A stretch of DNA of 64,000 bases. Source: Gemmatimonadaceae bacterium (GTDB taxonomy: Bacteria > Gemmatimonadota > Gemmatimonadetes > Gemmatimonadales > Gemmatimonadaceae). The notes below the pieces were generated by a model, which saw nothing but the letters and a program-made list of their open reading frames with translations, did no database searches and had not been told where the DNA came from. The DNA lies in the NCBI GenBank assembly GCA_031367535.1, contig JANLPZ010000142.1, forward strand, positions 8,798-72,797, read 5' to 3'. Positions 1 to 10,319 of the stretch are shown here, in pieces (position 1 is the stretch's first letter; each line of letters opens with the position of its first letter). The position numbers were made by a program, and so were the translations under genes.

Positions 1-35
1 GGTCGCTCGACGCAGCGGCGCTCGCTGAAGCGCCG

Positions 36-1181
36 GTGCCGGCATTGGTCGCGGGAGGCGAGGCCGTGGTCGAGAGCCGTATCGTCATTCCCCCAGGCGA
101 TTCCATCGCGGTGTTGCGCGCCGCGCTCGTCGCCGGCGACATGCAGCCGCGCAACGATACGCTGGCGGCGACGTTCCGTCGTGGCGCGCGTCAACGCGTG
201 GTGATCGTATCGACCGCGCCGGACGCGGACGTGCGCGACGTTGCGACGGCGCTGCGTGCCAATGTTGCGTTGCCGACAGACGCGTATTTCCGCATCGCTG
301 CGGGCCGGTGGGTACGCGACAACACCTTCGCGCCGGTCGAAGAATCGGTGGTGCGGGCAGCTGTGCGCGGAGCGACGCTGGCGGTGCTGCACGGCGACAC
401 GACCGTAATGGGCTCACCCGCGGCACTTGGTACGCGCGCCCTGCTGCTGCTCTCACCACCCGACGGCGACGCGCCGGAGCTGATGGTGCGTGCGGCGCCG
501 GCGTCGCCATTGCAGGCGGCGTTGTCCGGGATCGTGGTCGAGTCGCTGCCGCCGCTGATGGCAACGTCGCCGGCGCGTGGTGGTGTCGCAGCGTTGAACG
601 CAGCGCCGGGCGCGTCCGCAAGCGGTGCACTGTCGGTCGTATCGGCAATCGATGGCGATGTGCGTCGTGTCGTCATTACGGCGGCAGGCTACAGTCGCTG
701 GCGCGCCCGCGGTGGTGTGAGCGAGGCGGCGTTCCAGGCATTGGTCGGCGCATCGACGGACTGGCTGCTCGGCGCGCGTGGGCGCGCGGCGGTGCCGGTG
801 CTTGCGAACCAGGTCGTGCGTGCTGGCGCCGCGGTGCGCTGGCGACGTGGAGCGCAACCACGTTCCACCATTCTCCTGACGCGCGATGGCGATCGAGCCG
901 TGCGACGTGACTCGCTCGTGTTCGGCGCGCTCGTCGAAGCCACGATGCCTGCACTTGGCGGCGGCGTGTGGCGTGGCACGGTGGACGGCGTGCCGGTCGT
1001 GATCGCCGTCAGTGCGTCGCGCGAGTGGTTGCCACGTGTGCCGTCGGTTCGCAGCGGCGCGCTCAATGGCGCCGCGATTGCCATGCGGCGTGGTGCGCGC
1101 TCGATCAGCTGGCTCTACCTTGCCACCGTCCTGCTGCTGGCGACGGAATGGCTGCTTCGCCGACGTGCCGGGCTCCGCTGA
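36..1181 (+). CDS. Hypothetical Ala/Arg-rich protein with a C-terminal transmembrane anchor (WLYLATVLLLATEWLLRRR). The reading frame may continue upstream of the window.
   Basis: Long ORF co-directional with ftsY. It has a hydrophobic C-terminal helix followed by an RRR stop-transfer. No recognisable catalytic motif. Confidence 0.4.
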   Translation: MPALVAGGEAVVESRIVIPPGDSIAVLRAALVAGDMQPRNDTLAATFRRGARQRVVIVSTAPDADVRDVATALRANVALPTDAYFRIAAGRWVRDNTFAPVEESVVRAAVRGATLAVLHGDTTVMGSPAALGTRALLLLSPPDGDAPELMVRAAPASPLQAALSGIVVESLPPLMATSPARGGVAALNAAPGASASGALSVVSAIDGDVRRVVITAAGYSRWRARGGVSEAAFQALVGASTDWLLGARGRAAVPVLANQVVRAGAAVRWRRGAQPRSTILLTRDGDRAVRRDSLVFGALVEATMPALGGGVWRGTVDGVPVVIAVSASREWLPRVPSVRSGALNGAAIAMRRGARSISWLYLATVLLLATEWLLRRRAGLR

Positions 1182-1223
1182 ACGGCGGACCTCCTCCTCG
1201 TTGTATCCTCTCCAATCCATCGC

Positions 1224-2156
1224 ATGGCGCGTCTCTTTCGTCGCGACGGCGACCTCCCGAAGAAGTCATTCTGGCAGAAGGTCAAGTCGGTCGTCACTAC
1301 CAACTGGCGCGTCGCACTTCGTGGTGGCGTCGATCAGGGTTCGCTCGAACAACTCGAACAGGTGCTGCTCGAATCGGACTTCGGTCCGGCGGTGACACTG
1401 AAGCTTGTTGCCGCCGTTGAAGATCGGGCGCGTCGCGGTCAGGTGCGCACCGAGGACGAGTTCGCGACGGCGCTGCAGGAGGAAATTGCGGCCGCGCTCC
1501 GTACGGGCAACGCTGATCCGACACTGCATCTGCAGGAATCGGGGCCAACGGTGATTCTGGTGCTGGGGGTGAATGGCGCCGGCAAGACCACGTTCATCGG
1601 CAAACTCGCATCACAATTGAAGAAAGACGGCAAGCGCGTCCTTGTTGCCGCTGGTGACACGTTTCGCGCCGGTGCCATCGAGCAGTTGCGCGTGTGGGCG
1701 ACTCGCACTGGTGCCGATTTCGTCAGCGCGTCGGCTGGCTCGGATCCGGCCGCCGTGGCATTCAATGCGATTGACGCCGGTGTGACGCGCGGTGTTGATG
1801 TGGTGATCGTGGATACCGCCGGCCGATTGCATACCAGTGATTCGCTCATGGACGAACTGCGGAAAGTCGTGCGCGTGATCGCCAAGCGCCTGCCGGGTGC
1901 GCCGCATGAAGCGTTGCTGGTGCTGGACGGCACCATCGGCCAGAACGCGGTGCAGCAGGCGCGCACGTTCGCAGCGGCGGTGCCAGTCACAGGCCTCGTG
2001 GTGACGAAGCTCGATGGCACGGCGCGCGGTGGTGTCGTCGTGGCCGTTCACGAGGCGCTCGATGTCCCGGTGAAGTTCATCGGTACGGGAGAAGCCGCGG
2101 ATGATCTCCACCGCTTCGATGCCGCGGAATTTGCCGAGGCGCTGTTCGAGCAATGA
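1224..2156 (+). CDS. ftsY: Signal recognition particle receptor FtsY (short form, NG domain)
   Basis: SRP GTPase motifs GVNGAGKTT, DTAGRLH and TKLDGTARGG. ATGA overlap with the next gene. Confidence 0.9.
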   Translation: MARLFRRDGDLPKKSFWQKVKSVVTTNWRVALRGGVDQGSLEQLEQVLLESDFGPAVTLKLVAAVEDRARRGQVRTEDEFATALQEEIAAALRTGNADPTLHLQESGPTVILVLGVNGAGKTTFIGKLASQLKKDGKRVLVAAGDTFRAGAIEQLRVWATRTGADFVSASAGSDPAAVAFNAIDAGVTRGVDVVIVDTAGRLHTSDSLMDELRKVVRVIAKRLPGAPHEALLVLDGTIGQNAVQQARTFAAAVPVTGLVVTKLDGTARGGVVVAVHEALDVPVKFIGTGEAADDLHRFDAAEFAEALFEQ

Positions 2157-4270
2157 CAGGTGACGCGTCGGCGCGGCGTGATCGGCGCGGTGGTGGAGTC
2201 GCGCCACCGGTCACGCTGCTGACGCCCGTCACGTATCTGAAGGGTGTCGGACCGCGTCGCGCGGAGCTGCTGGCGAAGCTCGGGATCACCACCGCCGGCG
2301 ATCTGCTGATGCATGTGCCGCGACGCTACGAAGATGCAACGACCGTGTTGCCGGTGGCGCGCGCGCAGCCAGGGCAGGACGTCACCGTGCTCGGTCGCGT
2401 GATTTCCAAGGGCATCATCCCGACGCGACGCGGCCTGCGGATTTTTCAGGCTGTGATTCAGGATGCGAGCGGTCTACTCGAAGTCGGCTGGCCAGGACAG
2501 CCGCATCTCGATCGCACGATCAACGTTGGCGATGTGCTGCTGCTGAGCGGGCCGGTGCGAATCTTTCACGGTCGTCAGCTCGCTCCGCGTGAGTTCGTGA
2601 ATCTCGGTGCGGACGACGCAGGCACCGCAGGCGGTCGCGTGCTGGCGGTGTATCCCGCCACCGATGGATTGCCCACCAAGCTGCTGCGGCAACTCGTCGA
2701 CGCGCAGCTCGACGTACTGCTGCCGCAGATCGCGGATCCACTGCCGGCAAATATTCTGATGGTCGCCGGTGTGCCGGCGTTGCCGGACGCGCTGCGTCTG
2801 GTGCATCGGCCCACGAGCGTGAAGGATGCTGAACGCGGACGCGCACGCCTGGCGTTCGAGGAGCTGTTCTGCGTGCAGCTGCTGCATCGTCGTGCGAATC
2901 AGCTCGAACGCTCGGCGCGCGACGGCATCACGTTTGTGAATCGGCGGAAATTCACCACTGCCCTCAAGTCGCAGCTGCCGTTCACACTGACGGGCGCGCA
3001 GGTCCGCGTGCTGCGTGAGATCGTCGCCGACATGACCAGTCCGATGCGTATGCATCGCTTGCTGCAAGGCGACGTCGGGAGTGGCAAGACGATCGTCGCG
3101 CTGTTCGCCGCGATGGTCGCACTCGAGAATGACTGGCAGGCCGCGTTGATGGCGCCGACCGAACTGCTCGCCGAGCAACATCTACGAACGTTCACGCGGC
3201 TCCTCGCGCCGCTCGGCATCACGCCGGCGCTGCTGACAGGTCGCATGGGCGCTGCCGAACGGCGCACCGTTGCGACGCGACTCGCGTCATACGAGCCGCT
3301 GCTCGTGGTCGGCACACACGCCCTGGTGCAGGATGCCACGTCGTTCGGCAAGCTGGGCCTCGTGATTGTGGACGAGCAGCATCGCTTCGGCGTCGAACAG
3401 CGCAAGGCGTTGCAGGCGAAGGGAGCGACGCCGGACGTGCTGCTCATGAGTGCAACGCCGATCCCGCGTTCGCTCGCGCTCACGATCTACGGTGACCTCG
3501 ACGTAAGCGTGCTCGATGAAAAACCGCCGGGTCGGATCCCGATCGTGACCACGATGCGGCCCGAGTCGGCGCGTGATCGCGTGATGTCGTTCGTCAACGC
3601 GCAGATCGACGCCGGGCGACAGGCCTACGTGGTGTATCCGGTGATCGAGGAGTCGGAGCGCAGCGATCTGCGCGCGGCGACACAGATGGCGGAGGAACTG
3701 GCCGCGACTGTGTTCGCGTCACGCCGGCTAGGCCTGCTGCACGGGCGTCTCAAGAGCGACGAGAAGGACGCGGTCATGCGCGCATTTCTCGCGCGTGAGA
3801 TCGACGTCCTGGTCGCGACGACAGTGATCGAAGTCGGTATAGATGTACCGAACGCGTCGGTAATGCTCATCGAACATCCCGAGCGATTCGGATTGTCACA
3901 GTTGCATCAGCTGCGAGGCCGCGTCGGTCGTGGTGCGGACGACAGCTATTGCATTCTGCTTGGCGATGTCAGTCCCGAATCCGCCGAGCGGCTCGATGTG
4001 TTCGTGAGCACGGAAGATGGATTCGAGATTGCGCGCGCGGACATGCGCATGCGCGGCATGGGCGACCTGTTCGGCGAGCGGCAGAGTGGGCTGCCGAGTT
4101 TCCGCGTTGCGGATCCGCTGCGTGATGAAGCGCTGATTCCGGTAGCGCGTGCGGCGGCGGAGCAAGTGCTGCAATCCGATCCAACGCTGGGCAAGCCGGA
4201 GCATCAGGCCCTGCGTGAATTGCTCACCGGCCGGTACCGACGCGCGCTGGAGCTCTTTCGCGTCGGGTGA
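2153..4270 (+). CDS. recG: ATP-dependent DNA helicase RecG
   Basis: Wedge region followed by helicase motifs GDVGSGKT, DEQHRFGV, SATPIPRS and QLHQLRGRVGRG. The 705 aa length is typical. Confidence 0.9.
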   Translation: MTGDASARRDRRGGGVAPPVTLLTPVTYLKGVGPRRAELLAKLGITTAGDLLMHVPRRYEDATTVLPVARAQPGQDVTVLGRVISKGIIPTRRGLRIFQAVIQDASGLLEVGWPGQPHLDRTINVGDVLLLSGPVRIFHGRQLAPREFVNLGADDAGTAGGRVLAVYPATDGLPTKLLRQLVDAQLDVLLPQIADPLPANILMVAGVPALPDALRLVHRPTSVKDAERGRARLAFEELFCVQLLHRRANQLERSARDGITFVNRRKFTTALKSQLPFTLTGAQVRVLREIVADMTSPMRMHRLLQGDVGSGKTIVALFAAMVALENDWQAALMAPTELLAEQHLRTFTRLLAPLGITPALLTGRMGAAERRTVATRLASYEPLLVVGTHALVQDATSFGKLGLVIVDEQHRFGVEQRKALQAKGATPDVLLMSATPIPRSLALTIYGDLDVSVLDEKPPGRIPIVTTMRPESARDRVMSFVNAQIDAGRQAYVVYPVIEESERSDLRAATQMAEELAATVFASRRLGLLHGRLKSDEKDAVMRAFLAREIDVLVATTVIEVGIDVPNASVMLIEHPERFGLSQLHQLRGRVGRGADDSYCILLGDVSPESAERLDVFVSTEDGFEIARADMRMRGMGDLFGERQSGLPSFRVADPLRDEALIPVARAAAEQVLQSDPTLGKPEHQALRELLTGRYRRALELFRVG

Positions 4271-4282
4271 CCGGCGAAGTCG

Positions 4283-4840
4283 TCAGTTCGCGCTGAGCCG
4301 GCGTTTGAGGCGATTGATTTCAGCGTTCAGCTTGGCCATCGAATCCCGCGCAGTCTTCAGTTCATCGAGGCGATCGGTGGCGAGCTGCGTGGCCTGCACC
4401 CGTCGCCGCACCTCGGCTCGGCGGAGCGAGTCGATCGCGTTGATGTTGCGGCGCATGAAGGTCGCTTCGGCCCGCACTTCCATCGCCACCGAGTCGGCGA
4501 GAAGGGAGTCGATCTGGGCCAGAGCGACGGTGGCGTCGCCCGAGTTCGCGCGCTGGTCGACGCGCATCAGCGTCCGCCACCAGCGGGCCCGGTCGCCTTC
4601 GGGCGTCCGCGGATTCTCCCGTGAGAACTGCGTCAGCGATGAGTCCGCTTGTGTGGCCTTGTTCTCGTTGACGTACGCCAGCACCGCGGTCTGCGTCGCC
4701 ATCCATTGCGCCGAGACGCTGGGTGTTGGCAGGGTCGGCGGCGGCAAGACAGCTGGGGCGATCGGCGCGCTTCCTCGGCAGGAGGCGACGACGGCAGTCG
4801 CGACGAGCAGGAGACCGGTATGTCGGGCAGAGAGCGTCAT
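4283..4840 (-). CDS. Hypothetical lipoprotein with a C-terminal coiled coil
   Basis: Signal peptide with lipobox (LLVATAVVASC). Heptad-like C-terminus (DRLDELKTARDSMAKLNAEINRLKRRL). 4-nt overlap with the upstream histidine kinase gene. Confidence 0.55.
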   Translation of the reverse strand: MTLSARHTGLLLVATAVVASCRGSAPIAPAVLPPPTLPTPSVSAQWMATQTAVLAYVNENKATQADSSLTQFSRENPRTPEGDRARWWRTLMRVDQRANSGDATVALAQIDSLLADSVAMEVRAEATFMRRNINAIDSLRRAEVRRRVQATQLATDRLDELKTARDSMAKLNAEINRLKRRLSAN

Positions 4841-6420
4841 ATCGTGGTGCTCGGAATTGCAGCTGGCGCCAGTGGTGCGGCCGGAGCGGCCGCCGCGGGC
4901 AGACGCCGGGAGGCGGGCGCGCGCTGAGGAAGCAGGATGGTGAACGTCGTGCCTACGCCGACTTCGGATGACACGTGCACCGAGCCGCCATGAGCCTCGA
5001 CAATCCCTCTGACGATCGCAAGGCCGAGTCCGGTACCCGCGACGCTCGCGGCGTCCTGGTTGCCGGCCTGAAAGAACTTTCGGAAGACGTGGGGCAGTTC
5101 CGGCGCCGGAATGCCGACGCCGGAGTCGCGGACCTCAATCCGGACGGCCCCGGGCTCGCCGTCGCCGTGCAGGGCGACGACGCCGCCACGCGCGGTGAAT
5201 TTGCACGCGTTCGTGACCAGATTGCCGATCGCCTCGGTCATCCGGTCATGATCCCACCACACTTCCGCCGGCATCCCGTCAGCGGCCGTCACACTGAAGG
5301 TCACGCCACGCTGGTGCGCGATCACCACCAGCGAGTTCTCGAGCTCCGCGAAAAAGGCGCGTGTGTTGAGCGGCTGCAGATTGAGCGTTGCACCACCCGC
5401 GTCGTACTTGGACACGTCGAGCAGCTGCCGCACGAGGCGGTTCAGCGAATGACTCTGCCGCTCGAGCGTGTGCACCACGTCGCGCTGCTTGTCGTTCAGT
5501 GAGCCGTACACGCCGTCGTCGAGCAGGGTCAGATAGCCGAGGATCACATTGAGCGGCGTTTTCAGCTCGTGCGACGCCATCGACACGAATTCGGCCTTCA
5601 GGCGATCGAGCTCGCCAAGCCGCTGCGCCATCGCCGCATAACTCTCGGCGAGGCGGCCGAATTCATCACGGCGGCGTGACGCGACGGCCAGCTTGTGATC
5701 GAACTGTCCCGCCGCAACACGTTCCATGCCGTATTGCAGATCGGCGACCGGGCGCGAGATGCTGAAAATGATCCATGCCGCAACGATCGTGGCGAACGCC
5801 AGCGCCATCCATAGCGCGAGCAGAGAGACACGTCGCGCCTGCTCCGTTTCATCGCGCGCGTCGCTGACGCGCTTCGCCGTCTCTTCGCGCAGCGAATATT
5901 CGGCCGTCGCCACCGCATCGATGAGCCCCTGCAGCCCAGGACGTACATCGCTGGTCGAGAGCGAATCCACGAGCTCGAATTGGCCGCGCGCCATCGCGTC
6001 GAGACTGCGACTCGTGAGATGTTCAACGACAGCGACCGCGGTGTCGATTTTTGCGTACGATGAGCCTTCGGTCAGAAGGCGGAGTGAATCGGCCAGCGTG
6101 CGCAGCGTGCCAACGGCATTGCGCAGGGCCGGCGCGCCGGAACTGTCCCGCAGACCACCAATCTGGTCATCGCCGCGACGCACCAGATCCGATGTGGCGC
6201 GCAACCGACCAAGCAGCAGAGACGCGCGGAAGTCCTGACTCTGCAGCTGCTCGATCTCGCGGATCAGATTCTTCAGCGAATACCGCGTGACCACCAGCGG
6301 CGCGGTCAGGATCGCTGCCAGCACGACCATGCCGAGGATCAGTCGCGCGCGCAGCGGCACACCACGGCGGTGTGTCACGAGTTCGAGCGTGGGTTTCGGA
6401 CGGCTGAAGACAGGGCTCAC
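4837..6420 (-). CDS. Sensor histidine kinase (2 TM, periplasmic sensor, HAMP, HisKA, HATPase_c)
   Basis: H-box SHELKTPLN. N/G boxes NLVTNACKF, DSGVGIP and GTGLGLAIV. Two hydrophobic segments flank a roughly 150 aa region. Confidence 0.85.
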   Translation of the reverse strand: MSPVFSRPKPTLELVTHRRGVPLRARLILGMVVLAAILTAPLVVTRYSLKNLIREIEQLQSQDFRASLLLGRLRATSDLVRRGDDQIGGLRDSSGAPALRNAVGTLRTLADSLRLLTEGSSYAKIDTAVAVVEHLTSRSLDAMARGQFELVDSLSTSDVRPGLQGLIDAVATAEYSLREETAKRVSDARDETEQARRVSLLALWMALAFATIVAAWIIFSISRPVADLQYGMERVAAGQFDHKLAVASRRRDEFGRLAESYAAMAQRLGELDRLKAEFVSMASHELKTPLNVILGYLTLLDDGVYGSLNDKQRDVVHTLERQSHSLNRLVRQLLDVSKYDAGGATLNLQPLNTRAFFAELENSLVVIAHQRGVTFSVTAADGMPAEVWWDHDRMTEAIGNLVTNACKFTARGGVVALHGDGEPGAVRIEVRDSGVGIPAPELPHVFRKFFQAGNQDAASVAGTGLGLAIVRGIVEAHGGSVHVSSEVGVGTTFTILLPQRAPASRRLPAAAAPAAPLAPAAIPSTTI

Positions 6421-6452
6421 AAAAGTGGCGTAGGCGTCGGTGCTGCAATGCG

Positions 6453-6481
6453 TTGACTCACATTACAGCGATCGGTACGTT
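6453..6481 (+). promoter_or_regulatory. Candidate sigma70-like promoter TTGACT-N17-TACGTT upstream of asnS
   Basis: Hexamers read directly from the sequence. Located in the HK/asnS divergent intergenic region about 35 nt upstream of the ATG at 6516. Promoter consensus for this lineage is unknown. Confidence 0.25.
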
Positions 6482-6515
6482 GCCCCCAATCTTGCGAGCG
6501 GAGCCGTTCAGAACA

Positions 6516-7817
6516 ATGACAGGTCAGATGGAATACATCGCCGCACTGCCGGCTGCGGCAGGCGCCACCGTCACTGTACGAGGGTGGGTTCAGCACGTGC
6601 GCACCCAGGGCAAAGTTGCGTTTCTGGTGGTGCGTGATGGCACCGGTGTGGTGCAGTGTGTCTTCGTGAAGAGTCAGGTGACACCCGAAGTGTGGGAGCG
6701 TTTTGGCACGCTCACGCTGGAGACCGCCGTGTCGGTCAGCGGCGACGTGCGCCTCGAACCACGCGCACCGGGCGGCGCTGAACTCGGCGCCACCGAACTG
6801 ACCGTGCTCGGCGCAAGCCCGATCGACTATCCGATTCAGCCGAAGGAGCATGGCGTCGATTTCCTGATGGATAATCGGCACCTCTGGTTGCGTGCACCGC
6901 GGCAGGTCGCGTTGATGCGCGTGCGCCATGAGATCGAACAGGCGATTCACGATTTCTTCTATGCACGCGATTTCATCCACTGTGATACACCGATCCTGAC
7001 CGCCGCGATCGGTGAACGCTCGGGATTGTTCAGCACCGAATACTTCGACGAAGGCAGCGCGTATCTCGCCCAGACGGGCCAGCTCTACGGTGAAGCGTTG
7101 GCCGCGGCCCTCGGACGGATCTACACCTTTGGTCCGACTTTTCGCGCCGAGAAATCCAAGACGCGCCGTCATCTGACGGAGTTCTGGATGATCGAGCCCG
7201 AAATGGCGTTCTACGACGTGCACGACAGTATGCAACTGCAGGAAGAGCTGCTGGTGTACATCGCTCAGCGCGTCCTCGAGCGTCGTCGTCCGGAACTGGA
7301 CGTGCTCGAACGTGACGTGAAACATCTCGAGGCGATCGTCGGTCCATTCCCGCGCATTTCGTACACGGACGCCGTTGCCACCCTTCAGCAGAAGGGCAGT
7401 GCCACGACGTGGGGGGAGGATCTCGGCGCCGAGGATGAAGCGCTGCTCGTCGCGGACTACACGACGCCGATTTTCATCTGCAACTACCCGAAGGAAGCGA
7501 AAGCCTTCTACATGAAGGAGAATCCGGACGATCCGCGCACGGTGCTGTGTGCCGATTGTCTCGCGCCTGAAGGCTACGGCGAAATCATTGGCGGATCGCA
7601 GCGCGAAGACGACTACGACAAGCTGCTGCAGCGCATTCAGGAAGAAGGCCTCGAAGTCGACGCGTACGGCTGGTATCTGGATCTCCGCAAGTACGGCACC
7701 TTCGTGCACAGCGGATTCGGGCTCGGTCTCGAGCGTACCGTGGCGTGGCTCTGTGGAACGCCGCACATCCGCGAGTGCATCCCGTTCCCGCGTTTGATGA
7801 ATCGCCTGCGGCCGTGA
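6516..7817 (+). CDS. asnS: Asparagine--tRNA ligase
   Basis: Class IIb motifs FRAEKSKTRRHLTEFWMIEPEMAF, GGSQRE and HSGFGLGLERTV. The N-terminal OB fold starts at VTVRGWVQHVR. The track start at 6453 is a TTG that is more likely the -35 box. ATG 6528 is an alternative start. Confidence 0.85.
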   Translation: MTGQMEYIAALPAAAGATVTVRGWVQHVRTQGKVAFLVVRDGTGVVQCVFVKSQVTPEVWERFGTLTLETAVSVSGDVRLEPRAPGGAELGATELTVLGASPIDYPIQPKEHGVDFLMDNRHLWLRAPRQVALMRVRHEIEQAIHDFFYARDFIHCDTPILTAAIGERSGLFSTEYFDEGSAYLAQTGQLYGEALAAALGRIYTFGPTFRAEKSKTRRHLTEFWMIEPEMAFYDVHDSMQLQEELLVYIAQRVLERRRPELDVLERDVKHLEAIVGPFPRISYTDAVATLQQKGSATTWGEDLGAEDEALLVADYTTPIFICNYPKEAKAFYMKENPDDPRTVLCADCLAPEGYGEIIGGSQREDDYDKLLQRIQEEGLEVDAYGWYLDLRKYGTFVHSGFGLGLERTVAWLCGTPHIRECIPFPRLMNRLRP

Positions 7818-7831
7818 CGGCGAGCTGACGT

Positions 7832-8428
7832 TCAGTCAGGTCGCGGAAAGCCGGCGGATTTGCGGACCACCGTCGCCTGCCAGAGATGGCGGCGCTCGTG
7901 TGCAAGGATCAGCGCGAGCACGGTACCGAGCGCGAATCGCAGGCGCTTGATGGTCGGCAGTCGCACACTGATGTGTGCGAGATCCAGCCCGGCGGCGCGT
8001 TCCAGACGGAGTTCGAACGCGCCCTGCGCCGCGCGATAGAGTTGCCGTGATTCCAGCGGATCCTGCGAGGCGTTCGGCAACAGCATCTTCAGCGTGCGCT
8101 GACGCACGCGCACGGGCGGCTCCATGCTCCACACCAGCGTGCGACTGACGACGTTACCGCGAAACGGCCGGTCGCTGTACGCCGCGTCGGCGTGACCGCG
8201 CTCAATCGCATCGTCGAGTGCCGGCAGATACAGCGTCGTGATCGTCGCCAGGTGTGAACAGATTTCTGCCAGTCCCCACTGCGCTTCGTTCGGTCGCCAG
8301 GCGAGCTGCGATGCATCGAGACCGTCGAGCAGTGCCAGCGCGGTTTCCCGGTTCACGGCCAGCTCGCGAAAGAATGGCTGCATGGTCGTGAGTGACCGCG
8401 GTGGTGCCACCGTGTTCGTTGCGCTCAT
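7832..8428 (-). CDS. DinB-family (DinB_2-like) metal-dependent protein
   Basis: Four-helix-bundle pattern with conserved His residues (EICSHLA ... LILAHERRHLWQ). 4-nt overlap with mazG upstream. Confidence 0.6.
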   Translation of the reverse strand: MSATNTVAPPRSLTTMQPFFRELAVNRETALALLDGLDASQLAWRPNEAQWGLAEICSHLATITTLYLPALDDAIERGHADAAYSDRPFRGNVVSRTLVWSMEPPVRVRQRTLKMLLPNASQDPLESRQLYRAAQGAFELRLERAAGLDLAHISVRLPTIKRLRFALGTVLALILAHERRHLWQATVVRKSAGFPRPD

Positions 8429-9186
8429 CCGCCGCTCCGCTTCACGTCATCCCAGAGTTCGTCGAGTTCAGCCAGCGTTGCCGTTCCCACGTGCACGCCT
8501 CGTTCTGCGGCGAGCTGTTCCACCGCAGTGAATCGGCGGACGAATTTCATGTTCGCGCGATCGAGTGCGACCGTGGCATGTACGTTCGCCTTGCGGCACA
8601 GATTCACGACCGCGAACAGCAAATCACCCAGTTCCCCCTCGAGCGCGTCCTGCGCGGCGGCCGCGTCGGGCTTCGGCGTGTCGATTTCTGCCGCCACCTC
8701 GTCGATTTCTTCGCGGACTTTCGCCAGCGGACCCTGCACGTCGTCCCAGTCGAAGCCCACACCGGCGGCGCGATCCTGCAGCCGATGCGCGCGATGCAGC
8801 GCCGGGAGGTCCACGGGCAGGCCGTCGGCCAGTGAGTCACGCGCCTTCGCTTTCTGGCGTTCCCACGGCACCGGAACGCCATCGCCGTAGAGGTGAGGGT
8901 GACGCGTTTTCATCTTGGCGATCAGCGCGCCGGCCACATCGTGCAGGTCGAACGCCCCGCGCTCCTCCGCAATCACGCTATGGAACAGCACCTGAAGCAG
9001 CAGGTCGCCGAGTTCGTCCCGAAGCAGTCCGTCCTGACCGAGCCGGAGGGCATCGTCGACCTCGTGGGCCTCTTCGATCAGGTACGGGCGCAACGACTGG
9101 TGTGTCTGCGCGGCGTCCCAGTCGCACCGGGAGCGGAGATCGCGCATCACTGCGAGGGTATCTTCAAGACTGGCTTTCGCTTGCAT
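8425..9186 (-). CDS. mazG: Nucleoside triphosphate pyrophosphohydrolase MazG (tandem MazG domains)
   Basis: Two EExxE/ELGDLL motif sets (EEAHEVDDAL/ELGDLLLQV and EEIDEVAAEI/ELGDLLFAVVNL). The start was trimmed to the internal ATG (MQAKAS...) to avoid overlapping alr. Confidence 0.8.
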   Translation of the reverse strand: MQAKASLEDTLAVMRDLRSRCDWDAAQTHQSLRPYLIEEAHEVDDALRLGQDGLLRDELGDLLLQVLFHSVIAEERGAFDLHDVAGALIAKMKTRHPHLYGDGVPVPWERQKAKARDSLADGLPVDLPALHRAHRLQDRAAGVGFDWDDVQGPLAKVREEIDEVAAEIDTPKPDAAAAQDALEGELGDLLFAVVNLCRKANVHATVALDRANMKFVRRFTAVEQLAAERGVHVGTATLAELDELWDDVKRSGG

Positions 9187-9248
9187 CGTTGAACCTGCTC
9201 CCGGTAACTTCCTAGGCTGTGACCGCCACATCCGCCGACGCCCGCGCC

Positions 9249-10319
9249 ATGAGCGCCATGCTCACCGTGGACCTCGCCGCGGTGCGGGAGAATTATCGCC
9301 TCCTCGCGCGCCGCGCAGCGGTCCCGCTGCTGCCGATGGTCAAGGGAGACGCGTACGGCCTTGGTGCGGTCGAGGTCGCCAAGACCCTCGAGCCGGAGTC
9401 GCCCGTCGCGTTCGGCGTCGCCAGTGTCGCGGAAGGGCGCGAGCTGCGGGCCGCTGGCATCGCGCGGCCAATCGTGGTGTTCACGCCGGTGTCGCCGCGT
9501 GAGTTTCCGTCGGCGCGCGCTTCCAATCTCACACTCACGCTCTCGAATCCGGCGCACGTCGCCAGCTGGACGTCGATCTCGGGTCGCTGGCAGTTGCCCG
9601 TTGATACGGGCATGAACCGGGCAGGCATTCACTGGCGCGACGCCGCACAGCTACGCGCGGTGCTCGATGCCGGCGGTCAGCCGGATGGTGTCTTCACGCA
9701 CTTTCATTCCGCCGATTCGGATCCGGCGTCGATGGTGGTGCAGGAGGAGCGATTCGCGGGCGTGATCGCGGCAATGCCGATGCGGCCCGCGTCGGTACAC
9801 GCCGAGAACAGCGCCGCCTTGCTGCAACGCGGCGCGTCGAAGTTCGATTGCGCGCGGCCGGGTATCGCGCTGTACGGCGTGTCGGTTGGCCCCGCGTCGT
9901 GGACGCCGCGCGCCGTCGTGACGCTGACGGCCAATGTCGTCGAGGTGAACCAAGTCGAGGCGGGCGACACGGTCAGTTACGGTGCCACCTGGCGTGCCTC
10001 CGGGCCCCGGCGGATCGCTACCGTCGCGATCGGGTATGCGGACGGATATCCGCGTGGGGCAGGGAATCGGGCGACCGCGACGATCAACGAACGGCTGGTG
10101 CCGGTCGTGGGTCTCGTGACCATGGACATGACGATGTGCGATGTAACCGACATTCCGTGCGAGGTAGGTGACAGCGTGATGCTGATCGGCGGTGACGCCG
10201 AGTCGAGCGTCGCGTCGGTGGCGTCGCACACGGGTCGATCGCCGTACGAAGTGTTGACCGGCTTGAAGGCTCGCGCCGCGCGCGCGCACGCAAATTCGGC
10301 AATCGAGGCCGCGGCGTGA
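9249..10319 (+). CDS. alr: Alanine racemase
   Basis: PLP-lysine region PMVKGDAYGLGAV. N-terminal pattern VDLAAVRENYRLL. C-terminal beta domain present. Start is uncertain (9219, 9249 or 9258). Confidence 0.8.
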   Translation: MSAMLTVDLAAVRENYRLLARRAAVPLLPMVKGDAYGLGAVEVAKTLEPESPVAFGVASVAEGRELRAAGIARPIVVFTPVSPREFPSARASNLTLTLSNPAHVASWTSISGRWQLPVDTGMNRAGIHWRDAAQLRAVLDAGGQPDGVFTHFHSADSDPASMVVQEERFAGVIAAMPMRPASVHAENSAALLQRGASKFDCARPGIALYGVSVGPASWTPRAVVTLTANVVEVNQVEAGDTVSYGATWRASGPRRIATVAIGYADGYPRGAGNRATATINERLVPVVGLVTMDMTMCDVTDIPCEVGDSVMLIGGDAESSVASVASHTGRSPYEVLTGLKARAARAHANSAIEAAA

